Below the pieces are notes generated by a model. The model did no database searches. It had not been told where the DNA came from and saw nothing but the letters and a program-made list of their open reading frames with translations. This document shows positions 7,646-17,351 of a stretch of 32,000 nt of DNA, in pieces. Position numbers and translations under genes: made by a program. Source of the DNA: Candidatus Thorarchaeota archaeon (GTDB lineage Archaea; Asgardarchaeota; Thorarchaeia; Thorarchaeales; Thorarchaeaceae); the NCBI GenBank assembly GCA_038893995.1, contig JAWAQK010000016.1, positions 231 to 32,230 on the forward strand, in the 5' to 3' direction. Each line of letters starts with the position of its first letter. Positions within the stretch are counted from its first letter, which is position 1.

Positions 7646-9235
7646 ATGCGAGATGACTCCCAGCAGGACTACGTGTTGGCGGTGGATCACGGCACTTCCG
7701 CCATGAAAGTAGCGCTGGCTAACATGAGAGGTGACGTCTTAGCGCTGGAGTGCGCACCCATTGGGCTTCAGCTCAGACCTGGCGGCGGGGCTGAACAGGA
7801 TCCCGGTGAATGGTGGTCTGCACTCGTGAAGTGCTCGCGCGGGCTTCTGGAGAGAGGACTAGTACCAGTCGATAGAATTCGGGCAGTGTGCTGTTCCAGT
7901 CAATGGTCTGGGACCGTACCTGTGGACAGGGAGGGCCATCCTATCGGAAACGCGCTGATCTGGATGGACTCGAGGGGCGCCCCCTACGTCAAGGCGGCTC
8001 TCAGGGGACTGATCAATGTCGAGGGGTACGGCATCCTGAACCTCGTGAGATGGCTCAGGAAGACGGCGGGCATTCCCAGCGCCAGCGGAAAGGATCCCAT
8101 AGCTCACATCATGTACCTGAAGCACGAGAGGCCTGACGTATATAGGGACACCTACAAGTTTCTGGAATGCAAGGACTACCTGAATCTGGCACTGACTGGT
8201 GAGTTTGCTGCTTCCTTTGACTCGATTGCACTTCACTGGGTCGCGGACATCAGGAATATCGACAGGGTCCACTACGATAGTGGACTGGCAAAGAAGCTGG
8301 GCATTCATCTCGACAAGCTCCCGGCCCTGAGACGCGCCACCGACATCCTCGGGACCGTGACACCCGATGCGGCACATGAGATCGGTGTCAAGCCGGACAC
8401 GAAGGTGATCACGGGTTCACCCGACGTGCAGTCTGCAATAGTTGGGTCAGGGGCAGTGAGAGACTATGAAGGACACATCTACATCGGCACCAGCAGCTGG
8501 CTCACATGCCACGTCCCGTTCAAGAAGACAGACATATTTCACAACATGGCCACACTTCCCTCGCCCATTCCAGGACGATATTTCGTTGCGAACGAACAGG
8601 AGACTGCTGGTGCTTGCCTCACCTTCATTCGGGATAGCCTCCTCTTCCCTGATGACTCGCCGTGCTGCGGGGATCCGGGGATGTACAGGGAGTTTGACAG
8701 GATATGTGAGACTGCACCGCCAGGTAGCCACAGGATGATCTTCACGCCATGGCTGTACGGCGAACGGACTCCGGTGGAGGATCATGCCATAAGAGGGGGA
8801 CTGTTCAACATCTCCCTTGAGGTGAAACGTTGCGACGTCATTAGGGCCGTGTTCGAGGGGGTCGCGTACAACAGCAGGTGGCTGCTTGGTCTTGTTGAGA
8901 GATTTGTCGGAAGAAGAATGGACGCCCTGAACATCATCGGAGGCGGTGCTCAGTCGGACATCTGGTGCCAGATATACGCAGACGTGCTCAACAGAAGAAT
9001 AAGGAGAGTGGCCGACCCCATTCAGGCGAACGCACGAGGAGCAGCGCTCATAGCCTCTATGGCTCTCGGATATGTCACTCCTGACGAGATACCATCGACT
9101 GTGCGAATCTCCAGAGTCTTCGAACCAAATCCCGAGAACAGGAAGATCTACGATCAGTTGTACTCTGAGTTCCTGCACCTATACAGGCAGAATCGGGAGA
9201 TGTATCATCGACTGAATGCACCAGTCAAGGACTAG
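7646..9235 (+). CDS. FGGY-family carbohydrate kinase (xylulokinase/glycerol-kinase-like)
   Basis: The N-terminal motif is VLAVDHGTSAMKVAL and the C-terminal motif is IIGGGAQSDIWCQIYADVLNRRI. I prefer the ATG at 7646 (MRDDSQQDYVLAVDHGTS), which is preceded by tGAGGAaacaggc. The 56 upstream in-frame codons of the ORF-track call (7478) look non-coding (S/G/R-rich). Confidence 0.85.
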   Translation: MRDDSQQDYVLAVDHGTSAMKVALANMRGDVLALECAPIGLQLRPGGGAEQDPGEWWSALVKCSRGLLERGLVPVDRIRAVCCSSQWSGTVPVDREGHPIGNALIWMDSRGAPYVKAALRGLINVEGYGILNLVRWLRKTAGIPSASGKDPIAHIMYLKHERPDVYRDTYKFLECKDYLNLALTGEFAASFDSIALHWVADIRNIDRVHYDSGLAKKLGIHLDKLPALRRATDILGTVTPDAAHEIGVKPDTKVITGSPDVQSAIVGSGAVRDYEGHIYIGTSSWLTCHVPFKKTDIFHNMATLPSPIPGRYFVANEQETAGACLTFIRDSLLFPDDSPCCGDPGMYREFDRICETAPPGSHRMIFTPWLYGERTPVEDHAIRGGLFNISLEVKRCDVIRAVFEGVAYNSRWLLGLVERFVGRRMDALNIIGGGAQSDIWCQIYADVLNRRIRRVADPIQANARGAALIASMALGYVTPDEIPSTVRISRVFEPNPENRKIYDQLYSEFLHLYRQNREMYHRLNAPVKD

Positions 9236-9343
9236 CTCAGGATAGAAGCCAAATAGAGGAGCGCAGAGAACTCCCCCCGTACTGGGTACGGTGGCATGGT
9301 GCGAGCCAGTACCTGTCGCCTGTACCAACGAGTCTACGGGCTC

Positions 9344-10012
9344 TCAACCGACCCCATTCTCCGAAAGTGAGAATCTCGACAAGACCTCGACGACTTCCCT
9401 GTCCGAGACATCGTACCAGAGCTCGTACGCCTCAGCCACTGCAAAGCTCCACCCAGACTCGATGCGGGGACAGAGCAGCCTGTCTACTGCCCTCCGGACC
9501 AGCTCATAGGCAGAGCTGGACGCTGTGGGGACAGCCACTGTCAGCGACCGGGGCCGTCGTTGTGTCACTGAACGAATAGCAGCCATCATGGTATAACCAG
9601 AAGCTAGCCCGTCGTCAACCAGGATCACATCTCTCCCGCTGGGGGTGTGGGTGCCCACCAGTCCACCATATGTAGCTCTTCGTTCCTCGATCTGACGACG
9701 GGTCCTCTCAATGGCCTGTTGAACCTCTTCTTCACTCAGATGAAGGCTGGCGAGTAACTCCCTGTTCAGCAAGACTCCACCCAGTGAGTCAATTGCTCCA
9801 AACCCTGCCTCAGTATTGAAAGGAATCTGTATCTTCCTCACTATCATGATGTCGAGGTCTGCATGCAGCCCCCTCGCTATCGGTTCTGCGACCAGCACGC
9901 CACCATTGGGAATGGCAAGGACCAGCAGCCGGCCGACAGGATGGACCTCTCTGAGTAGCATGTCCCGGAGGACTGTCCCGGCCTCAGTCCGATTCCTATA
10001 GGACCACGTCAT
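9344..10012 (-). CDS. Phosphoribosyltransferase-family protein (COG1926-like)
   Basis: The PRPP-binding loop VILVDDGLASGYTM is present. The N-terminal RNRTEAG..L and IPNGGVLVA elements are typical of the stand-alone predicted PRTases. Confidence 0.8.
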   Translation of the reverse strand: MTWSYRNRTEAGTVLRDMLLREVHPVGRLLVLAIPNGGVLVAEPIARGLHADLDIMIVRKIQIPFNTEAGFGAIDSLGGVLLNRELLASLHLSEEEVQQAIERTRRQIEERRATYGGLVGTHTPSGRDVILVDDGLASGYTMMAAIRSVTQRRPRSLTVAVPTASSSAYELVRRAVDRLLCPRIESGWSFAVAEAYELWYDVSDREVVEVLSRFSLSENGVG

Positions 10013-10036
10013 CGCAGCATTCTTTCACAGACTCAC

Positions 10037-10044
10037 GATAAAAC
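10037..10044 (-). promoter_or_regulatory. TATA-like box (minus strand TTTTATC) for the PRTase gene
   Basis: The box is centred about 28 nt upstream of the ATG at 10012 and no SD lies between them. This is compatible with a leaderless archaeal transcript. Confidence 0.35.
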
Positions 10045-10163
10045 TGAGTTGGTCAGCGCCACACTGCCGAGTAGACGAGACTGCGGAGGGTCGCTGAGTC
10101 TGGGACAGTCTGTAGGGGACATGGAGTCATGTCGCTGGTGTCCCGGAGGATTCTTTAGATGTC

Positions 10164-11531
10164 ATGTCCGAGTCACCTGTGGTGACGAAGCTGGACTACC
10201 TCACTGAGGCAATAGGCCTTGTCCAGGAGATGGTGCGTAATAGGTGCGTCAATCCACCGGGAAACGAGATGAGATCGATACGCTCCATCGAGAAGTACCT
10301 CAGCACCTACGGGGTCAGCTGTGACATCATGGAGTCAGCTCCAGACCGGGGCAACCTACTGTGTGTCGTCAAGGGGAGCGAGAAGCATCCCAGCCTGATG
10401 CTGGGTCCAGGTCACGTGGACGTGGTGCCGGTCGCAGACCCATCCATCTGGACCCACGATCCGTTCTCCGGGGAGATACACGATGGATGCATATGGGGCA
10501 GAGGCACTCTCGATATGCTATACGTCGTCGCTGCACAGGTCGTGGCTTTTGCTCAGCTCTGGCGGGAGGGGTTTAGGCCCAGAGGAGATCTCAAGCTCCT
10601 TGTCGTGTGTGACGAAGAGGCTGCCGGTACCTACGGCGCAGAGTGGCTGGTCAACACTCACCCCGACAAGGTGAAGGTCGACTACCTGATCACCGAGGGA
10701 GGCGGCTACGAGATCGCGCCCCACAGAGTCGCGTACAACCATGGAGAGAAGGGGGGAACCTGGCTGAGGTTGAGCACTAGGGGCAGAGAACAGCACGGTT
10801 CTATGCCCTTTGGATCAGACAATGCAGTCTTGAAGATGGCAGAGGCAGTGAGGAGGCTCGCCTGCTACAGGACACCAGTCTCCACTGACCACATACGGGA
10901 CCTCGTCCAGGACCTTCCCATGAGCTGGCTCTCAAAGAGAATCGTCACCAGTAGGCGCCTGCTTGACTTTGCCATCAGGAGTATCTCACGTACAGACCCG
11001 GCCCGTGCAAGCCTGCTCTACTCCATCAGCCGCATGACGATATCACCCAACTTGTGCAAGGGAGGTACAAAGGTCAACGTCGTTCCAGGCGAGGCGTATG
11101 TCGACGTGGACATACGTACTCTGCCCGGCCAAGACCAAGAGTACGTGGCGGAGCACCTGAAGAGGGCCCTTGGGCAGGCAGCGAAGTACGTGACTATCGG
11201 ACCTGTGCCTAGGGAGGCCGGCGCGACGCCGTCCTACGGTAATTCCAGCGACAAGAGGTCACCTCTAGTGGAGATCATGGAGCAGGTCGCCGCCGAGTGC
11301 CGCTCGGATGACACGAAGCTGGTACCCATGTTGATGCCTGGTGTGACAGACTGCAGGTTCTTCCGACAGAGATGGAACACCCAGGCCTACGGTTTCAGCC
11401 TGTTCGACAGTAGTATTCCCGTCGGCGAACTCATGAGAATGGCCCATGGCACAGACGAGCGTATATCTCTGGGGTCCATCGACATGTCTACCCGAGCCTA
11501 CATGGAGATAGCACGTCGGTTCCTGGCATAA
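10164..11531 (+). CDS. M20-family metallopeptidase (ArgE/DapE/CPG2-like deacylase)
   Basis: Motifs seen are PSLMLGPGHVDVVPV, DPFSGEIHDGCIWGRGTLDM, VVCDEEAG and ITEGGG. These correspond to the typical metal-ligand and catalytic segments of M20 enzymes. Confidence 0.85.
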   Translation: MSESPVVTKLDYLTEAIGLVQEMVRNRCVNPPGNEMRSIRSIEKYLSTYGVSCDIMESAPDRGNLLCVVKGSEKHPSLMLGPGHVDVVPVADPSIWTHDPFSGEIHDGCIWGRGTLDMLYVVAAQVVAFAQLWREGFRPRGDLKLLVVCDEEAAGTYGAEWLVNTHPDKVKVDYLITEGGGYEIAPHRVAYNHGEKGGTWLRLSTRGREQHGSMPFGSDNAVLKMAEAVRRLACYRTPVSTDHIRDLVQDLPMSWLSKRIVTSRRLLDFAIRSISRTDPARASLLYSISRMTISPNLCKGGTKVNVVPGEAYVDVDIRTLPGQDQEYVAEHLKRALGQAAKYVTIGPVPREAGATPSYGNSSDKRSPLVEIMEQVAAECRSDDTKLVPMLMPGVTDCRFFRQRWNTQAYGFSLFDSSIPVGELMRMAHGTDERISLGSIDMSTRAYMEIARRFLA

Positions 11532-11596
11532 GCTCAAAAGAGGGGGTTCGTATCTGTTTCAGCGATGTTTGCATCAGCTTCAGGAAGGAGTGACAG

Positions 11597-11797
11597 ATGC
11601 CCCAGCTGAAATACGATCACCGGGTGAAGGCCAATTTTGCGTTTGACGCGACAAAGGTCGGGCTGCCCTCGCGACATCCATCCCTCATGCGGTTCACCGA
11701 GGTACTGTGGTACGGGAAGGACGATGAAGGATACTGCGTCTATAAGAAGGATCCCAAGACCGGCGAGGTCCTACGAATCGACTTTCTACCTCCGTGA
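11597..11797 (+). CDS. Small hypothetical protein (66 aa)
   Basis: A strong SD (GGAAGGAGTG) ends 5-6 nt before the ATG. The amino-acid composition looks coding. I recognise no family. Confidence 0.55.
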   Translation: MPQLKYDHRVKANFAFDATKVGLPSRHPSLMRFTEVLWYGKDDEGYCVYKKDPKTGEVLRIDFLPP

Positions 11798-11888
11798 GGA
11801 CATTCGAGTCTCTTGACGGCAGTGCCCGCGACGTTCCCTTCAGGAGGATACGTCTGCACTCACACTCCTGGCAGCGGAGAGAAAGGCG

Positions 11889-12887
11889 ATGTTCCAACTG
11901 ACGAGAAGGATTCAGCCATGTCATGGTGACGACGGCGACTACATCACACTCGTGGGGTTCTTGCTAGAGTCCGCAAGAATCATCTGCCCCGGCTATGACC
12001 CTCCAGAGACGTGGGTCGAGCTGGGAGAGCAGACCCAGCCAGACGGCACCAGGGTATCTCGGACAACACTGGGAGACCACAGGACAGGAATGACGGTCAC
12101 CGTGAGTATGCGTCACGAGGCTGGGTCTGAAACGCCTGTAGAGGACCAGGTGGGGGTCGTTGCACACGGTCTACCCCCGGGAATCGTCCTAGAGATACGA
12201 ATGTCAAGACAGCGGGAGGGACCTCGATGCGTCGAGCTTACAGTCTCGGGAGCTGAAGAGGATGTTCAGAGTGTGCTCGACAGATTCGAGAAGTTCTTCT
12301 CAGACAGAGATGCGTCACAGGAGTCAAGACTTGCGTACCTGCTGAGATCAACCGCGGTCTCAGCCCGACTACATGCCTGGCGTACCACCGAGTCGAAGGC
12401 ACTCAGATGCCTCGAGATCGACCCGCACAATCCCGAGGCAACGATGTACCTCGGTATCGCAAGGGCCGAACAGGGATTCGATGCTGAAGGAGAGGGTCTG
12501 CTCCTTGCGTCACTGATGCTGGACCCCAAGAACGTCAGGGCCTACTACCACTCGGCAATGGTGGCTCTTCGACAGGGCAGATGCCTGACGGCAGCAGATT
12601 TTCTGTCCCATGCAAGGTCTTTGAACCCTCAAGACCATCTGGTTCTGTATCACCTCGGAAAAGCACTGGAGGGGATGGGTCGCCTGAAGGACGCACTCAA
12701 TGCATACATGGAGGCACTGAATGCTTCGCCACCCGCGCAGTGGGATGCAGGATTCGACACGGTCGACTTTCGCAGCCTCGCGTCGGCCTCAGTCGATAGA
12801 CTCAGGGCGGCTGCCGATGGCGAGGCAAGAGCTGCGAATGCCTGCACGGATGGCCCGCTGGGCGACCAAGTCTTCTCCGTCGATTAG
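11889..12887 (+). CDS. TPR-repeat protein with unassigned N-terminal domain
   Basis: The C-terminal half carries TPR-like helical pairs (ALRCLEIDPHNPEATMYLGIARAEQG, LMLDPKNVRAYYHSAMVALRQG, RSLNPQDHLVLYHLGKALEGMGRLKDALNAYMEAL). Confidence 0.7.
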   Translation: MFQLTRRIQPCHGDDGDYITLVGFLLESARIICPGYDPPETWVELGEQTQPDGTRVSRTTLGDHRTGMTVTVSMRHEAGSETPVEDQVGVVAHGLPPGIVLEIRMSRQREGPRCVELTVSGAEEDVQSVLDRFEKFFSDRDASQESRLAYLLRSTAVSARLHAWRTTESKALRCLEIDPHNPEATMYLGIARAEQGFDAEGEGLLLASLMLDPKNVRAYYHSAMVALRQGRCLTAADFLSHARSLNPQDHLVLYHLGKALEGMGRLKDALNAYMEALNASPPAQWDAGFDTVDFRSLASASVDRLRAAADGEARAANACTDGPLGDQVFSVD

Positions 12888-12907
12888 GGCAAGAGCCCTA
12901 TCAGATG

Positions 12908-13735
12908 TCATTCTCTTGGCCTGTCGCTGCCAGTACCCTCTTGCCCGACACTCAGTATGAAGTCTGCGATCAGCCTGGCGAGCCGCTCGTGCTGCTCCAC
13001 ATCGGGACTGTGACCGCAGTCCTCGAGGATGACCAGCCGTGAACCACGTATTCTCTCATTCATCATTCGGGCCATTGCAGGGTCCATTATGCGGTCCTTG
13101 CTTCCATGGACTATGAGCACAGGCACACTGATCTCACCCAATCGGTCGACCACATCAAAGCTGGAGAAGCCAAGGACAGAACTGACATCAAACCGTCGAG
13201 CATCCTCCAAGAATCTACGCTTGAGTCGGTCCATGAGGTCCGGATTGTCCTCGATGAAACTCTCCGTAAAGGCATCCCTCGTCGAGGCCCACCAGTAGGC
13301 CTCGTCACCCCCCTGGAGCTGTGCCTCTCTCCACGAGTATACGACATCGATCAGTTGTTCAGTGACACACGGGGTTGTCGACACGAGGACGGCTGCAGAC
13401 ACATGACGAGGAAAGTCAAGGAGCATCTGAAGGAGGACCATTCCGCCCATGGAGATGCCCACGACCGGTGCCCGTTCAATTGAGAGATGCGACATCAACC
13501 CGGCAATGTCTGCAGCATAGTCTGATGGCATGCTCATTCCCTCTGGGCAGTCTGACGACCCGTGACACCGTAGGTCGGGCATGATGACCCTGAATCGTTC
13601 AGACAGGTGAGGTTCGACGAATTCCCACGACCGGTGATCACCACCCAGACCATGGACAAGCACTAGAGGGGGTCCATTCCCGACTGCCTTCAGATTGAGC
13701 ATAGTTCCTCTGATGTCTATTCTCTGCAAGTTCAC
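12908..13735 (-). CDS. Alpha/beta-fold hydrolase
   Basis: Motifs seen are the oxyanion region LVLVHGLGG, the nucleophile elbow GISMGG and a C-terminal DCGHSP histidine motif. The start is GTG at 13735, with an alternative ATG at 13702. Confidence 0.85.
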   Translation of the reverse strand: MNLQRIDIRGTMLNLKAVGNGPPLVLVHGLGGDHRSWEFVEPHLSERFRVIMPDLRCHGSSDCPEGMSMPSDYAADIAGLMSHLSIERAPVVGISMGGMVLLQMLLDFPRHVSAAVLVSTTPCVTEQLIDVVYSWREAQLQGGDEAYWWASTRDAFTESFIEDNPDLMDRLKRRFLEDARRFDVSSVLGFSSFDVVDRLGEISVPVLIVHGSKDRIMDPAMARMMNERIRGSRLVILEDCGHSPDVEQHERLARLIADFILSVGQEGTGSDRPRE

Positions 13736-14236
13736 TCACCACCAGTGACGCCAATGAGTAGCGGAAGACCTTGCACTGACCAGTGTCCAGCCATCTTAAT
13801 ATGTTCGTTTGTCACGAGTGCATCCTGACAATGACCACAGTAACGTCGAAGCTACGATACAGCGACAACTCCTCTATCCCGGACAGCTCTGACATGTCAT
13901 CTCACCTACAGAAACATCCGGTGATTCTTGCTACTTCACATACATCAGGTCACGGTCCTAGTTCTCAATGTCCGGCAGCAGTGTATTCACCTGGACGGGG
14001 GGCGGGTCGATCAAGTTGTCCATGCGGTCGATCGACCGTATACAAGATACTGCCACATGGCCTACTACTGGCCAGACAGTATCACGATTCGACACACAGG
14101 CTGACCTCGCGTGGCCTTCGCTGGAGGCGCGGACGCAGTGTAACTTGCCATCACGCTGAATGCGATCCTCCTGCATCTCCAACGGCCCACGAGAGACTAG
14201 GTCAGACTGTCCTATTGCACTCAGCCTCCTCTCAGG

Positions 14237-16531
14237 GTGGATCCCATGACTACGTCACCGTACGGTAATTCTTCCTCTATCCACGCTGTTGTCCTTTGGG
14301 CAGCGACTGGAATCCTGGCTGCGACAGTCCTATGGATCGTCACCCTTCCAGCCTGGGAAGGGGAGCCTATCCTGGCATCCAGCATGTTTGATTCGCTCAC
14401 AGTGTTCACGTCGGCGGTCTGTGCTGGTACTATCTTAGTACGTCATGCTGACATGGGTATTGACAGACCGACGCTGTTCCACATACCATTCATCTACTCC
14501 GCTGTGACGTACGCATACAGGGTTGCTCAGGTCATATTCGGGAACCAGACATATATCGCCAGGTCAGTCGAGTATGCATTGCTGGATGTCTTCAACGCCA
14601 GTGTCTTCTCTGCAACAGTACTCTTGGCCACACTCGTCAACACTGGTATGGTTAGATGCTCCTGGGACGGTTGGGCCACCTCGTCCCTTGCTATCGTGTT
14701 CGCGCTCTCCGAGATATCAATGCATCCCATCCTCTTCGCGATCCAAGCTACATACCAAGCTCCCACCCTTTTCGCAGCAGGTGTGATATCATCCATAGCC
14801 CTGTTGACCACTGCTCAGATAACATGGGTGAAGATGAAGGGCATCCGGGCCTATCGTTCGTCGGTACTAATAGCAGGATTCCTCATGCTTGTCCTGTCCT
14901 GGGGCCACACAGTGTTCAATACTCTCCATGCCGGCGCGTCCTGGAGCCTATCTCCAGTCCTCAGGCTTATCGGTATGCAGCTGGTGTTCATGTCGGGTGC
15001 ACTGCCGCACCTTCGGATGGCCGGATGGGGAAAGCGGCCCACCCTCATATACGTCGTCATTCTGTCATCAGTAGTCATCTTGCCAGCGGCCACTGCGGCC
15101 GTGACGACCTGGGCAATCCACGGTAGCATCCTTCCCCAGTACCAGACGTACGCGTTGATTCATGCCGGCGCTGCTGTGCTCTCATCTAGCATGTCAGTCC
15201 TCGTCATTTTCTACGACAAGGGCAGATTTTCCGGGGCTAGATATCCAATTGCTGCGTCCCTGACCTCATGGTCGGTCGTCGAAACTGTGCAGGTGATCAC
15301 AGCGATCTCGGCTCGCACCATTGTTGATGCAGACTCGGCTCTGCGCAATCAGCTGGTGGGTGCGGTGACCACACTGTTGCTCTTGAGCCTGGCCCTCCGC
15401 TGGATCGTGACACCTCCACCAGAAGGTTCTCGCAAGAAGTTGAGACTGATGCACATTGGCGTGATAGGTGGAACCCTGGCTGGCATTGGTATTCTGAAGG
15501 TCATACACGATGCCACTCTGGCAGTGATTGGATCTGCGACTCTGACCAATGCAGTCCGCGTCACGATAGTGGTCATCGTACTTTTCATCGCCTTTGTCTA
15601 TGCATACTTGGACCTCGTTGCTGCATCTGCGACTAGGGGCAGGGTCACGATAGACCTCTTTGCAGTCCGGTTCATCATTGTCTGGGTTGTCCCCTCTCTG
15701 GTGAAGGCCATCTGTCCTCACACATCCGCGGGATGGTGGGTCGCAGAGGTGGTGCTGTTTGCCGGTCTTCTAATTGGTCCAGTCATCATGGGACACTTCT
15801 ACATAATCGAGATTAATGAGAGGGAGGCTCACGCCAGACGCGCAGCGCTGTACGCAGACCTCCTCATGCATGACATCTCCAACTATCATCAGGCACTATC
15901 ACTGTCTCTGGGACTGATCGAGTCAGGCAAGCTGGGTGAAGCCGAGGTCCGGAATGTCCTGAAGAGCGCAAACGAGTGCCTAGCGAGGGCAGACGACATT
16001 ATTCTCAACGTCAGAAGAATCGGTGCAATCAGCAGCGCAGAGGGGTCGGCTCTCGTAGTGACAGACATAGTAGAGGTCGCTCAGGAGGCTCTCAGGACCG
16101 TGGCAACCAGGAACGCAGGGCAGGAAATCAAGTTAGAAATCAACAGAAAACCGGGCGAGTGTTTCACCATGGCGAGCCCACTACTGCTAGACGTGTTTCT
16201 GATCCTCCTCTCAGGAGCTGCTGAGGGCGTCGGAGAACCGATCATAAATATCGAGATCACACCCCGAAAGACAGCAAGCCGTTCTCTCTGGGATGTATCA
16301 CTGACAGATTACAGAGGACGATCAGAACAGCCGGACCGGCCTATAGCGCTGGGAGAGAATATGAATGGTGGGGTCAGCCTTGGATTCTACGTGGCGAGCC
16401 TACTCGTCGAGAGCTTCGGAGGAGAACTGTCTGTGAGAAACATTGTTCCAGACCGATCCTCTGCAGGAACTGTCTATCTGCTCCGACTGCCCCGCGTCGA
16501 AAACCCGAGGCAGGATCGGGGCGCCCGGTGA
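14237..16531 (+). CDS. Polytopic membrane histidine-kinase-like sensor (764 aa)
   Basis: About 520 aa contain many hydrophobic helices. This is followed by an H-box-like LLMHDISNYHQALSLSLGLIE and a C-terminal G2-like GGVSLGFYVASLLVESFGGELSV. The N-box and G1 box look degenerate (see findings). The sequence GGGTGGA lies just upstream of the ATG. Confidence 0.75.
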   Translation: MDPMTTSPYGNSSSIHAVVLWAATGILAATVLWIVTLPAWEGEPILASSMFDSLTVFTSAVCAGTILVRHADMGIDRPTLFHIPFIYSAVTYAYRVAQVIFGNQTYIARSVEYALLDVFNASVFSATVLLATLVNTGMVRCSWDGWATSSLAIVFALSEISMHPILFAIQATYQAPTLFAAGVISSIALLTTAQITWVKMKGIRAYRSSVLIAGFLMLVLSWGHTVFNTLHAGASWSLSPVLRLIGMQLVFMSGALPHLRMAGWGKRPTLIYVVILSSVVILPAATAAVTTWAIHGSILPQYQTYALIHAGAAVLSSSMSVLVIFYDKGRFSGARYPIAASLTSWSVVETVQVITAISARTIVDADSALRNQLVGAVTTLLLLSLALRWIVTPPPEGSRKKLRLMHIGVIGGTLAGIGILKVIHDATLAVIGSATLTNAVRVTIVVIVLFIAFVYAYLDLVAASATRGRVTIDLFAVRFIIVWVVPSLVKAICPHTSAGWWVAEVVLFAGLLIGPVIMGHFYIIEINEREAHARRAALYADLLMHDISNYHQALSLSLGLIESGKLGEAEVRNVLKSANECLARADDIILNVRRIGAISSAEGSALVVTDIVEVAQEALRTVATRNAGQEIKLEINRKPGECFTMASPLLLDVFLILLSGAAEGVGEPIINIEITPRKTASRSLWDVSLTDYRGRSEQPDRPIALGENMNGGVSLGFYVASLLVESFGGELSVRNIVPDRSSAGTVYLLRLPRVENPRQDRGAR

Positions 16532-16733
16532 TGTGTAAAGCCTGAGAGAATGCCAGCTCAATGTCACTGACGAGTCCATTGGGAAAGGCTCTCAAGGATT
16601 GTCACTGGGAATCAGGTGCATCACAGTGCGTTGCCCTGAAGTAGAATGCCTTCGGCCAAGAGGTCAAGATGCGAATTCGACGATTGCTTCTGGACCGATA
16701 CCGTTGTATTGAGGGCATGTGGGAGGTCCTGTG

Positions 16734-17339
16734 ATGAATCCAAGATTCCATGATGTGCTCTTTGGTCGGCGAAGCGTACGAAAGTATTCAGACGCTGACG
16801 TCACGGATGATGTGATTTTGCGTCTCGTCCAAGCAGCACTTGCAGCCCCCTCCGCACATAACTCACAGCCAGCAAGGTTTGTCGTGCTTCGCAGGGGTGA
16901 GACCAGGAGTAGACTCATCAGGCGAATGGCAGACAGATACTTGGCAGACATGACTGCGGATGGCCTGGACCCAGAAACGATACGGGAGAGACTTCAGGAA
17001 TCGGATCGACTCCTAGGAGGAGCCCCGATCATCATACTCGTCTGCCTGACCATGCGCAACATGCACACATATCCGGACGATGTAAGATCGAGCCATGAGT
17101 ACACCATGGCCGTCCAGAGTACGTCTGCAGCAATCCAGAACATCCTTCTGGCTGCGCACGCAGAGGGACTTGGTGCCTGTTGGGTCTGCGCACCGCTGTT
17201 CTGCAAGGACGTTGTCAAGTCCGAACTGGGTCTTCCCGACGACTACGACCCGCAGGCATTTGTGCTGCTCGGCCATCCGGCTGAGAACCCACCTCTACCC
17301 CCTAGGAGGACGACCGAGGAAGTCATGCGGATAATGTAG
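16734..17339 (+). CDS. Nitroreductase-family protein, FbiB C-terminal-domain-like (candidate dehydro-F420-0 reductase)
   Basis: The sequence contains RRSVRKYSD...APSAHNSQPARFVV and GLGACWV, which are nitroreductase-fold hallmarks. The central stretch (RSRLIRRMADRYLADMTADGLDPETIRERL...YPDD...E.TM) resembles the FbiB C-terminal pattern as I recall it. I prefer the ATG at 16734, with GGGAGGT 6 nt upstream. The ORF-track start at 16719 is a GTG. The stop lies 12 nt before the preferred cofD ATG at 17352, or 3 nt before the alternative GTG at 17343. Confidence 0.75.
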   Translation: MNPRFHDVLFGRRSVRKYSDADVTDDVILRLVQAALAAPSAHNSQPARFVVLRRGETRSRLIRRMADRYLADMTADGLDPETIRERLQESDRLLGGAPIIILVCLTMRNMHTYPDDVRSSHEYTMAVQSTSAAIQNILLAAHAEGLGACWVCAPLFCKDVVKSELGLPDDYDPQAFVLLGHPAENPPLPPRRTTEEVMRIM

Positions 17340-17351
17340 TGGGTGATGGTA

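Noticed and set aside
9110-9135. tRNA T-loop-like strings (TTCGAACC / GGTTCGAA) at about 9119, 18808 and 21901
   Set aside because: All lie inside well-supported CDSs and lack acceptor or anticodon stem complements. I found no tRNA in the window.
7859-9178. Minus-strand ORFs of 172 and 243 aa antisense to the FGGY kinase
   Set aside because: The plus-strand frame carries clear kinase motifs along its whole length. The antisense translations have junk composition.
13783-14268. 161-aa plus-strand ORF filling the hydrolase/sensor spacer
   Set aside because: Its composition is rich in S, R, H and C. It has no SD and overlaps the well-supported sensor start, so it looks like a chance open frame. 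The region is treated as non-coding (see finding).
16528-16570. Possible archaeal C/D-box sRNA (GTGATGT ... CTGA ... CTGA)
   Set aside because: The C box is imperfect (canonical is RUGAUGA). The C to D' spacing is 7 nt instead of about 12, and no C' box is present. The GTGATG overlaps the sensor gene stop codon.
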